Shown here: piece by piece, positions 1-8,081 of the stretch
Numbering within the stretch: position 1 is the stretch's first letter
Layout of the letters: each line of letters starts with the position of its first letter
Source of the DNA: Ignavibacteria bacterium GWC2_36_12
Lineage (GTDB): Bacteria; Bacteroidota; Ignavibacteria; Ignavibacteriales; Ignavibacteriaceae
Direction of reading: 5' to 3'
DNA length: 53,667 nt
Assembly (NCBI GenBank): GCA_001802795.1
Contig: MGZZ01000089.1
Coordinates: 1-53,667, forward strand
Notes under the pieces: generated by a model
What the model was told of the DNA's origin: nothing
The model's input: the letters and a program-made list of their open reading frames with translations, nothing else
Databases searched by the model: none
Made by a program: the position numbers and the translations under genes

Positions 1-203
1 AGTGAGATTAATTCATCTGGTTTTTGCAGGGCGCTTATTATTGATTTAACCCAATCCAAATAAGCAGCTTTTCCTCCCATCGGGTAATCAATTGTATAAA
101 CATATTTGACAGAACCGCTTTGTGCAGTTAGTGTACCAGCAAAAAGAAATATTGGCAGGAAAAGGAAAGTAACTCTCTTAAAAAGATTTTTTATATTAAG
201 CAT
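1..203 (-). CDS. hypothetical secreted protein, N-terminal part only (gene runs off the left window edge)
   Basis: Absent from the ORF track because it is truncated. Reverse-strand ATG at 201-203 with GGAG 5 nt upstream (rc of 209-212). Translates MLNIKNLFKRVTFLFLPIFLFAGTLTAQSGSVKYVYTIDYPMGGKAAYLDWVKSIISALQKPDELIS, which has a Sec-type signal peptide and stays open to position 1. Lies 33 nt downstream of the SnoaL-like gene on the same strand. Confidence 0.5.
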   Translation of the reverse strand, partial: MLNIKNLFKRVTFLFLPIFLFAGTLTAQSGSVKYVYTIDYPMGGKAAYLDWVKSIISALQKPDELIS

Positions 204-236
204 AGATTCTCCACTTACGTTGTTAATAAAAATTAT

Positions 237-758
237 TTACTTCATTTCACCTGCTGGCGGTGTTATCATATATCCGAGCTGTTCTAAAAGCGGCACATTG
301 TCAAATGAATCCCATTCCTCAACTATCTTTCCATCTTTAAAGTGAATAATATTTATCCCCCACATCGTAACAGCCTTTCCTGTAGGAGGCATTTCACCGG
401 GACCCGTGTTTGTACCGGAAAAGGTCCAGCGACCAGCAAATTTGTTTTCGGAATAAATCTCTTCGTTCGAAACTACTTTGAGATCTGGAAAAGCCGTTCT
501 GAACCCTGAAATCATTTTCTTAAGGTTTTCCAAACCCTCAACTGATGTCCCGGCATCTGAATGCCTTACGAAATTAGGATCAACTATGGCGTCCAATTCA
601 TCCAGGTTCCCGGTTTCCCAGACTTCGTAATATTTATCGAAGAGTGGTTTTAGTTCCTTGGAATAATCTTTTTGCTGCTGGCATCCTGTCGTAAGCACAA
701 CTGCAATTATTAAAAACAGAGAAGCTGCTTTTAGATTTGTTTGAATTAATTGTTTCAT
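237..758 (-). CDS. SnoaL-like (ester cyclase family) lipoprotein
   Basis: 173 aa. Signal peptide ending in lipobox LTTGC. The body (YYEVWETGNLDELDAIVDPNFVRH ... GRWTFSGTNTG ... GINIIHFKDGKIVEEW) matches the SnoaL-like polyketide cyclase / predicted ester cyclase pattern. Confidence 0.6.
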   Translation of the reverse strand: MKQLIQTNLKAASLFLIIAVVLTTGCQQQKDYSKELKPLFDKYYEVWETGNLDELDAIVDPNFVRHSDAGTSVEGLENLKKMISGFRTAFPDLKVVSNEEIYSENKFAGRWTFSGTNTGPGEMPPTGKAVTMWGINIIHFKDGKIVEEWDSFDNVPLLEQLGYMITPPAGEMK

Positions 759-795
759 AGCACTATCTCCTTTTAGATTTTTTTGAAAATATATT

Positions 796-906
796 TTATT
801 TGGTTTTATGAGCTTCCAATTCTATCTCTACCATAAATTCCGGCAATGCCAGTCCTTTAACTTCTAACCATGTACCTGTTGGATAATTCTTCTTGTAAAT
901 GATGAA
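796..906 (-). pseudogene. possible RidA/YjgF-family C-terminal remnant
   Basis: Reverse-strand translation gives FIIYKKNYPTGTWLEVKGLALPEFMVEIELEAHKTK*. This resembles the conserved RidA C-terminus (P-x-R-x-x-VEV-x-LP-x-x-x-x-VEIE-x-IA). A TAG lies immediately upstream in frame and no start codon is present, so only about 36 codons remain. Confidence 0.3.
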
Positions 907-969
907 CTAGTATGTACGCCATTGTATAACTCCTTTTATTCGATTTAGAATATTTTCTAGATTATCATT

Positions 970-1410
970 TCATTGTCCGTTTAACCATAGCTCAAAACTT
1001 TTATTTGTTTCACTGTCGGGATAACTCCAGTCCGGTTTTAGCCGTAAACCGGTATTGCCTCGCCAGATAAAATCAATTGCATCATTAACATCAGCTTCGT
1101 TTGATATTCTTACGAGGAATATCTCTTGTTCTTCAAAGCCGATCTTTTTCACTTCAGAACTAATTTGCTGTGCAACAAGTGTATTTTGAATTATTTCCGA
1201 CTGCCTCAAATCATAAGTTGCCCAGACAATTCCACTCCTGCCTGAAAGGAAGTCATTCTCTTCAAAGGAAATAGTCAATTCTATACTGCTGCCAAAAGGT
1301 AATTCGGGCGGTTTTTCTTCACTTAATTCTTTCCATTCTATTATCTTCGTTGTATCAAAAACGATTTTACCCAAGCCGCTGTAGATTCCTTTAATTTTTA
1401 TTAATTTCAC
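970..1410 (-). CDS. hypothetical protein (no recognisable domain)
   Basis: 146-aa ORF with no signal peptide or TM segment. No motif I can recognise. Confidence 0.5.
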   Translation of the reverse strand: MKLIKIKGIYSGLGKIVFDTTKIIEWKELSEEKPPELPFGSSIELTISFEENDFLSGRSGIVWATYDLRQSEIIQNTLVAQQISSEVKKIGFEEQEIFLVRISNEADVNDAIDFIWRGNTGLRLKPDWSYPDSETNKSFELWLNGQ

Positions 1411-1869
1411 TGTAATTATTCAAAATTGGTGTTTGAAGAATTGTAAATTGCTGATACAAAAGTAAAAGAATGACTTGCGGTTATCTTGTACTATTCACCC
1501 AAATGTTAGGACTTTTTGAGCAAAAGAACCGATATAACCTGTATTAAATAATTGCGGGTATGAAGAATTACCAATTGAAATAAAAAAGGGAAATATAATT
1601 AGTGGAGTCAGGGCTTAATTTATCTGGTTAAAAAGCAAAGAATATGCTCTTAATATTACCTGGTTTATTTCTTAGAATAATTTGCTAACCGGCTGTTGAT
1701 TTGGTTTTAATGCACCCTGGCTTTAATTAATATTTTTCCAGGATTATCAAAAATTGTACGTTGCTATTTTTTATTAATATTACTATTTATTTACAAGTTT
1801 AATAAGTTTTTAGTTAATGTTTTATGTTTTGTTTCAATAAAGAAATCCTGATAGATATAAGAATCACGT

Positions 1870-3018
1870 ATGACTAATTTTAAATTAACTCTCGATGTGT
1901 GGACAATTCTTTTGTTTTCATCTGCAGTTATTGGATATTTCCTTGCAGTATTACTATTCCATCACAAACGGGGTAATAAGGAAGCCAACCGGTTATTAAG
2001 TTTGCTAATGATTGTAATAGCACTGCTTATAACAGAGTATCTTTTATTTAATTCGGGTATTTATGTAGCCATCGGTATTCCGCTGTTTATTACTACACCG
2101 CTGATTTTTCTTATCGGACCTCTTTACTATCTTCATTCAAATACACTCATTAAAGGTAAAATTAAATTAAAGCCGACTCATATTTTTCATTTTTTGCCCT
2201 TTATCCTTTGTTTGATAAATTACATAGATTACTACTTAGCGCTGGTTTCATACTTTGCAGGTAATAAAGCCGCCAATTTCGATTTTATTATCCGGATTAA
2301 CGGATACGCTTACACGGGAATTGAAATATTACAGATCGCTGTTTATGTTATTGCAGTTTACATTCTCTTCAAAAGATATAAAAATAATCTCTCGTTTAAT
2401 GTCAACAGTTTTGAGCTGATCAGAACAACCTGGCTTCAAAGGTTATCGTTTGTATTGTTTGTATATCTTTTATTTAAAAGCAGTGCACTCTTTTATTTAA
2501 TCCTTACTAATTATATAGCTCAAATAGAATATTTAATGACCTTAAGTCTCTCTGCAATTTTATATGTAATTGCTTACAGTTCAATCAGTCTTCCGGAGAT
2601 ACTATCCGGATCGTTAAAAAACGGGCTCGTAAAGAAGTATCAAAAGTCCTTTTTATCTGAAGAGCAATCAAGATCCTATATGGAAAAACTCCGCGATCAC
2701 ATGAGGCAAAATAAGCCATACCTTAAACCTGATTTGAAATTGTCAGATCTTGCTGCAAATCTGTCAATTTCTACTAATCATCTTTCACAGATGCTTAACC
2801 AGGAAGCAAAAACGAGTTTTTTCGATTTTATTAATTATCATCGTATAGAGGAAGTAAAGAGAAGGCTTAGTAATCCGGAATTCAAAAACTTTACCATTTT
2901 ATCAATTGCCCTTGAATGCGGTTTCAATAGTAAAACTTCGTTTAACAGAGTCTTCAAAAAAAGTATGGGAATGACTCCTTCCGAATACTCAAGATCAATC
3001 ATTCCACAAAACAATTAA
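1870..3018 (+). CDS. AraC-family transcriptional regulator with multi-pass membrane N-terminal domain
   Basis: 382 aa. About 230 aa of repeated hydrophobic helices are followed by a C-terminal AraC-type double HTH (LSDLAANLSISTNHLSQMLN ... IALECGFNSKTSFNRVFKKSMGMTPSEY). Confidence 0.85.
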   Translation: MTNFKLTLDVWTILLFSSAVIGYFLAVLLFHHKRGNKEANRLLSLLMIVIALLITEYLLFNSGIYVAIGIPLFITTPLIFLIGPLYYLHSNTLIKGKIKLKPTHIFHFLPFILCLINYIDYYLALVSYFAGNKAANFDFIIRINGYAYTGIEILQIAVYVIAVYILFKRYKNNLSFNVNSFELIRTTWLQRLSFVLFVYLLFKSSALFYLILTNYIAQIEYLMTLSLSAILYVIAYSSISLPEILSGSLKNGLVKKYQKSFLSEEQSRSYMEKLRDHMRQNKPYLKPDLKLSDLAANLSISTNHLSQMLNQEAKTSFFDFINYHRIEEVKRRLSNPEFKNFTILSIALECGFNSKTSFNRVFKKSMGMTPSEYSRSIIPQNN

Positions 3019-3151
3019 TAGCTCATCAGATAATACTATCCTTCATTGAAAATAATTTTTAATGCTTTTTAGGTTTCATCCTTTAGGATGGAACGAATTC
3101 TTTTTAAAACGGATTTATTTTTGAATTTCAATTTAATTATTAAAGGTAAAA

Positions 3152-5635
3152 GTGAATCCATTTATCAAACATTCCGTCAGATTATTTCTGATTTTAGGGT
3201 TTTTAAGTCTTTGTTCTGAGAATACAAAAGCACAATTTTTCACGCGGGTACTCGATGCCGGTCCGGTCATAACAGATTCGGTTCTAAGTGCCGGTTCAAG
3301 CTGGAACGATTATAATAACGATGGATTTTTAGATTTATTTGTTTCCGAATCCCCCGCTCATATGTATAAAAATAACGGCGATGGAACCTTCTCATCAGTA
3401 AGTGGGAATATTGTATTCAATCCATTTACAACACCTTTCGGAACTGTAATGGCAACCTGGGCTGATTATAATAATGATGGTTACCAGGATTTATACAGAG
3501 CAAATTACGGCTTATATAGCGGTTCAAATCCAACAACTCCTTTAAAGGATTTCTTATTTAAAAACAACGGCCCACCTGATTATCAAATGACACTTGTTGA
3601 TCTTGGAAATGACAGTTCGTTCAGCGCAAATGCAACATGGGTAGATTATGATAATGATGGAGATGTGGATCTTTTTGTTTTCGGTGGAAGGAATACCAAT
3701 AGTTTATTCTATAAAAATGAGGGTGCGGATAATTTTACAAAAGTAATTTCTTTACCTTTTCTGATTAAAACTTCCTTTGGAGGAACAGATACATGGATAG
3801 ATTATGATAATGATGGTGATACGGATCTTTACCTTGTTGTTCAAAGAACCTCGAACAAACTTTATAAATCTCTGCTGAAAGAAACAGGTAATCCAGATCT
3901 TTTTGAAGAAGTTCAAAATTCAGTTTTGAGTAATGACGGTTCAGTTTTCGATATAACTGCAAGCTGGGGCGATTACAATAATGACGGATTTTTTGATGTT
4001 CACCTGGCTGTTGCCGGGGGCTTCGATAAACTTTACCTTAACAATGGTGACGGGACATTTACGGATATTACTGATAGTCCGGTTGTTAGTACGGCAATAA
4101 ATACAAGTTTCGGTGCCTGGGCAGATTATGATAACGACGGCGATATTGATTTAGTGACAGCCCACGTCTCTAACGGGTCAACATCTGGCAGTTCAGATCT
4201 TTTCAGGAATGATGGTAAGGGAATGTTTGTACAGCTTAATAGTACTGGGGCAGGAGATTTAGTTGGAGCCGTTCCATCTCCTCAGGCAGGTAGTTGGGGA
4301 GATTATGATAACGATGGTGATATGGATTTTTATGTCGTTAATTTCGGATTGCCGAATACAATCTCTGGTATTCCGCAACCTAATTATTTATTTAAGAATA
4401 ATATAGGCAACAACAATAACTGGCTTATAGTGCAATGCGAAGGGGTAATTTCGAACCGCTCGGCGATCGGAACTGTGGTTAAAGTTAAAGCAAATATAAA
4501 TGCAAACAGTCTTTGGCAGAAAAGATTTATTTCTGCCGGTGCACTTGGTAATACAGCTCAAGCAGATTTACGTGCACACTTTGGACTTGGCAACGCTTCT
4601 GTTGTTGACTCATTGGTTATCGAATGGCCTTCAGGAATTGTGCAAACAATTACAAATGTAAACATTAATCAAATATTAAATGTAGTGGAAGATGTTCCTG
4701 ACGGGTATATTAGAGCGGATTTCACTTCAGAACAGAGAGATACTGTTAATAGTGATTCTCTTTCTGTGCAATTTGAAGACCGGTCATTTTCTGTAGAGGG
4801 ATTTCCTATTACTTCATGGGAATGGGATTTTGATGATGATGGAATAACTGATTCTGATATTCAAAATCCATTCTGGACTTATATTAAAGCCGGTTCTTAT
4901 ATTGTTAACCTTACTGTCTCAAACGGAATTCTTTCCAGTACTTTAAGACGTGAAGATTTTATTCAAATCACCGGATTGGTTCCAATAATTGATGTAAATA
5001 CAAATGCTATCGGATTTGGCACAATACAAAATGATATTCCATTTATAGACACAACATTTTATGTTAAAAATATCGGTGGAGCTTCCGATTCTATTTTTAT
5101 AGCCCTGGATTATCAAAATATAAGCGAGCCATCTGTGCTTGTGATAAATCCCGAAAGCTTTGAAATAGCGGCAAATGATTCTCAGGCAGTTATATTTACT
5201 GCCTATCCCCCACTTATAATGCCAGGCAATTCTTTTTATTTACCTAAAGCAATTATTGATTCCAGGTTTGGTTACGGTACAGTACATTTTGTTAAACCGT
5301 TTGCATTTAGAATAACCACACCGGTATCTGTTGATAATGAGAACAATGGTTTGCCAAATGAGTTTGTATTGTATAATAATTATCCTAACCCTTTTAATCC
5401 TATAACTAATATTAGCTATGATGTGTCGGTAGAAGCGTTCGTAAAATTAACGGTATTCGACTTACTTGGCAGAAAAGTAGTAACACTCGTTGAAGATGAA
5501 ATATTACAGGGACATTATGAAACGATATTCGATGCTTCAGACTTAAGCAGCGGAATTTATATTTATAGTTTGACAGCCACGAACGGTGAAAAAATTCTGT
5601 TTACAAGTGCTAAAGGAATGATTTTGATAAAATAA
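3152..5635 (+). CDS. FG-GAP/VCBS repeat protein with ASPIC/UnbV domain, PKD-like domain and T9SS C-terminal sorting domain
   Basis: 827 aa with a GTG start and a signal peptide. Contains many W-x-DYDNDGD-x-DL repeats (FG-GAP/VCBS calcium-binding type). An UnbV_ASPIC-like block is present (VKVKANINANSLWQKRFISAG...HFGLGNASVVDSLVIEWPSG). A PKD-like segment is present (WEWDFDDDGITDSDIQNPFWTYIKAGSYIVNLTVSN). The C-terminus is YNNYPNPFNPITNISY...SSGIYIYSL...KGMILIK. Confidence 0.85.
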   Translation: MNPFIKHSVRLFLILGFLSLCSENTKAQFFTRVLDAGPVITDSVLSAGSSWNDYNNDGFLDLFVSESPAHMYKNNGDGTFSSVSGNIVFNPFTTPFGTVMATWADYNNDGYQDLYRANYGLYSGSNPTTPLKDFLFKNNGPPDYQMTLVDLGNDSSFSANATWVDYDNDGDVDLFVFGGRNTNSLFYKNEGADNFTKVISLPFLIKTSFGGTDTWIDYDNDGDTDLYLVVQRTSNKLYKSLLKETGNPDLFEEVQNSVLSNDGSVFDITASWGDYNNDGFFDVHLAVAGGFDKLYLNNGDGTFTDITDSPVVSTAINTSFGAWADYDNDGDIDLVTAHVSNGSTSGSSDLFRNDGKGMFVQLNSTGAGDLVGAVPSPQAGSWGDYDNDGDMDFYVVNFGLPNTISGIPQPNYLFKNNIGNNNNWLIVQCEGVISNRSAIGTVVKVKANINANSLWQKRFISAGALGNTAQADLRAHFGLGNASVVDSLVIEWPSGIVQTITNVNINQILNVVEDVPDGYIRADFTSEQRDTVNSDSLSVQFEDRSFSVEGFPITSWEWDFDDDGITDSDIQNPFWTYIKAGSYIVNLTVSNGILSSTLRREDFIQITGLVPIIDVNTNAIGFGTIQNDIPFIDTTFYVKNIGGASDSIFIALDYQNISEPSVLVINPESFEIAANDSQAVIFTAYPPLIMPGNSFYLPKAIIDSRFGYGTVHFVKPFAFRITTPVSVDNENNGLPNEFVLYNNYPNPFNPITNISYDVSVEAFVKLTVFDLLGRKVVTLVEDEILQGHYETIFDASDLSSGIYIYSLTATNGEKILFTSAKGMILIK

Positions 5636-5787
5636 AATCTTGATGCAGCATAAGTGAGCTTGTAGTTCTGCTTTGTTTATCAGTAAAAAATTTTTTCTTT
5701 CTTCCCCCCGGGCAACGGAACCATTTCAATGAAAATTAACTCTAAAGAAATAATTAATTTTATAAATCTTAAAATAGAGGGTAATCA

Positions 5788-7053
5788 ATGAAAAGAAGAT
5801 TTACATTTTTCATTTCAGCACTTCCAATATTGATTCAATATAATTTTTATGCACAACCTGTTATTTCAAAATTACCCTTGGCTGATAGTTTATATAAAGA
5901 GGGTCAATTTGAGGATGCGAAAGCTGTGTACTCAGAAGTAATCGGTGAAGACCCCGGTAATTACAAAGCATTACTCAGTTCGGGTAAAATTGCGTTGATA
6001 TCTAATGAGTTGAATGATGCTGAGGATTTATTAATGAAAGCAATGAATCTTACCCCGGATGAAAGTGAAGCAAAGCAGTTACTTGCAGAAGTTTATTACA
6101 GGCAGGATGAATTTACTAAAGCTGTCCCGTTATTACATTCTATCGGCAAAGAAATATTTGCGCACAAGCTTGAGAGCTTTAGAAATAAAAAACCTTATGA
6201 TATCAGTGATCCTGAAGAGACTATTATTTTAAAATTTGTATCTACCGATCCGCTCCCTTTAATGCAATTATGTGTTAACAAAAGTGAGCCGTTATACTTT
6301 TTGTTAGATACCGGAGCTTCTGAAGTAATAATTAATTCCGAAATGGCAGACAAATTAGGCGTCGTACAATTCGGTTCAGATACCGGTACCTTCGCCGGAG
6401 GAAAAAAGGCTGATTCTCAGCATGGTTTTATCGATTCACTAATTCTTGGTCAGGTAACAATAAAAAATGTTCCCGTTCGATTATTACATACTGTTAAATT
6501 TTCTGCCGCAGCCGGAGGTAAAAAAGTTGATGGAATTATAGGCACAGTTTTGTTATATCATTTTCTCTCCACTATTGATTACATAAAAGGTGAATTGATA
6601 CTCAGACCTAAAAATTCAGATTTAGAGAAAAAATTCAAAACTATTTCCAGTTACAGCTCTATGCCTTTCTGGATGTCAGGCGATCATATAATTGTTACAT
6701 GGGGGAAAGTTAATAAAAGTAATCCGCTCTTGTTTTTTGTTGATACAGGAGCAGCAGGATTTGGATTCTTATGTCCGGCATCAACAATAGATGCTGCTAA
6801 CATTTCATTATCACAAGAAAGTTTGGAAGGAATTGGCGGTGGCGGTAAAGTAAGCCTGGTTCCGTTTTATTGTGATGAGCTTTCCCTTGGAGATGTAAAT
6901 CAACAAAAGGTATTTAGTGCCTTCGGTCCTTTCCCGGAAGATCTTGAGTATAACCAGGGTTTTCATATTGGGGGACTGATATCCCATAATTTCTTCAGAC
7001 CGTTTTCTCTCACTTTGGATTTTTCTAATATGAAGATATACTTAAGCCGATGA
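5788..7053 (+). CDS. TPR-repeat protein fused to a two-lobed retropepsin-like aspartyl protease
   Basis: 421 aa with a signal peptide and N-terminal TPR-like helices. Two D-T-G-A active-site motifs are present: LLDTGASE at nt 6307-6315 and FVDTGAAG at nt 6742-6750. Confidence 0.7.
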   Translation: MKRRFTFFISALPILIQYNFYAQPVISKLPLADSLYKEGQFEDAKAVYSEVIGEDPGNYKALLSSGKIALISNELNDAEDLLMKAMNLTPDESEAKQLLAEVYYRQDEFTKAVPLLHSIGKEIFAHKLESFRNKKPYDISDPEETIILKFVSTDPLPLMQLCVNKSEPLYFLLDTGASEVIINSEMADKLGVVQFGSDTGTFAGGKKADSQHGFIDSLILGQVTIKNVPVRLLHTVKFSAAAGGKKVDGIIGTVLLYHFLSTIDYIKGELILRPKNSDLEKKFKTISSYSSMPFWMSGDHIIVTWGKVNKSNPLLFFVDTGAAGFGFLCPASTIDAANISLSQESLEGIGGGGKVSLVPFYCDELSLGDVNQQKVFSAFGPFPEDLEYNQGFHIGGLISHNFFRPFSLTLDFSNMKIYLSR

Positions 7054-7116
7054 GTAGTTGTACTGATTCAAGCCGGGATAGAAAATTTTTAGGAATGGGT
7101 GAATAAGAAATAACAC

Positions 7117-7157
7117 CCCACAAAAGTCCCTGCATATTTCAGCAGGGATTTTGTGTG
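7117..7157. terminator. bidirectional hairpin between convergent genes
   Basis: CCCACAAAAGTCCCTGC / loop ATATTTCA / GCAGGGATTTTGTGTG forms a stem of about 15 bp with one bulge. It lies between the stop at 7053 (+) and the stop at 7181 (-). Confidence 0.6.
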
Positions 7158-7180
7158 ACTTGAACCAGTTAAATTATATT

Positions 7181-7861
7181 CTATAGTGAATAAAGTGCTC
7201 CTGCTTTAATCTGAATACCTTTAGTTTTTATTTTTGTATTATCACCCGGCTCATCATTCACATTCGTAAGCCCTAAATTGTATTGCCCTTCTATAAATAT
7301 ATCCACGACTCCTACTGGGATCATTACCCCTCCACCTAAATTCAGGACAAAATCCGTGCTTTTCATTTTTTGTACTTGTTCTTTTTGTTCTGCCGTTAAC
7401 ATATTAGTAACATCCTGTCCGTTAGCAGTAACTTTATCAAAATTATACTTAGCATCTCCAAGTAAAAACGCTACAGATACACCAGCTAATAAAAAAGGTT
7501 TTACCTGTATACTTCCAAACGTGACTTTCAGCAGAACAGGAATATCAATATAATTTGCAGAAAAAGTACCCTCTCCTTTAATATTTACTCCATCTTCCAC
7601 AGTGGTAAGATCAAATGTCGAACCTTTCTGAATATAAGCCGGCTCTACCTGTATGCCCAGTAAAGGTGAAAAATTGTAGTTTACAATACCACCAAACATA
7701 AGTCTTGTTTTTATCCCGGTTTCATAACCTGTTGGTGTTGGATCCAGGCTAACGTCCGCAAGATTGACTCCTCCCTGCAAACCAAGTTTAACTTGAGCAT
7801 TTATTGGCAAGACAAAGAATGCCAAAAGAAATGTAAGAGACAGTAAAAAGAATTTTTTCAT
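7181..7861 (-). CDS. outer membrane beta-barrel protein (small porin / OmpA-like barrel family)
   Basis: 226 aa with a signal peptide (LPINAQ). Alternating amphipathic beta-strand pattern, Gly/aromatic-rich strands, and an aromatic-rich C-terminal strand (KAGALYSL). Confidence 0.7.
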   Translation of the reverse strand: MKKFFLLSLTFLLAFFVLPINAQVKLGLQGGVNLADVSLDPTPTGYETGIKTRLMFGGIVNYNFSPLLGIQVEPAYIQKGSTFDLTTVEDGVNIKGEGTFSANYIDIPVLLKVTFGSIQVKPFLLAGVSVAFLLGDAKYNFDKVTANGQDVTNMLTAEQKEQVQKMKSTDFVLNLGGGVMIPVGVVDIFIEGQYNLGLTNVNDEPGDNTKIKTKGIQIKAGALYSL

Positions 7862-8081
7862 AACTCCTCCCAGAAAAAATTTAGTAGTAACCTCGATACT
7901 TCAGGGAATGAATAATTGGTAAGAAAATATTAAATCTACTCCAACCCCTCACCCTAAGGTATAGAGAATTTTTACGGATTTAAACTTGCTAATATTATCT
8001 CATATAAACAATGGATGCTTAACGAAAGTTTTTTTTTCATAGAATCAAGGAAAATTTTCTTAATCGGCGTTTTCCATTACT

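Noticed and set aside
3077-3090. Perfect palindrome CATCCTTTAGGATG downstream of the AraC gene and upstream of the cargo gene, considered as a terminator.
   Set aside because: It forms only a 5-bp stem with a 4-nt loop, which is too weak for an intrinsic terminator. It is kept only as a candidate operator, mentioned under the 1870-7053 finding.
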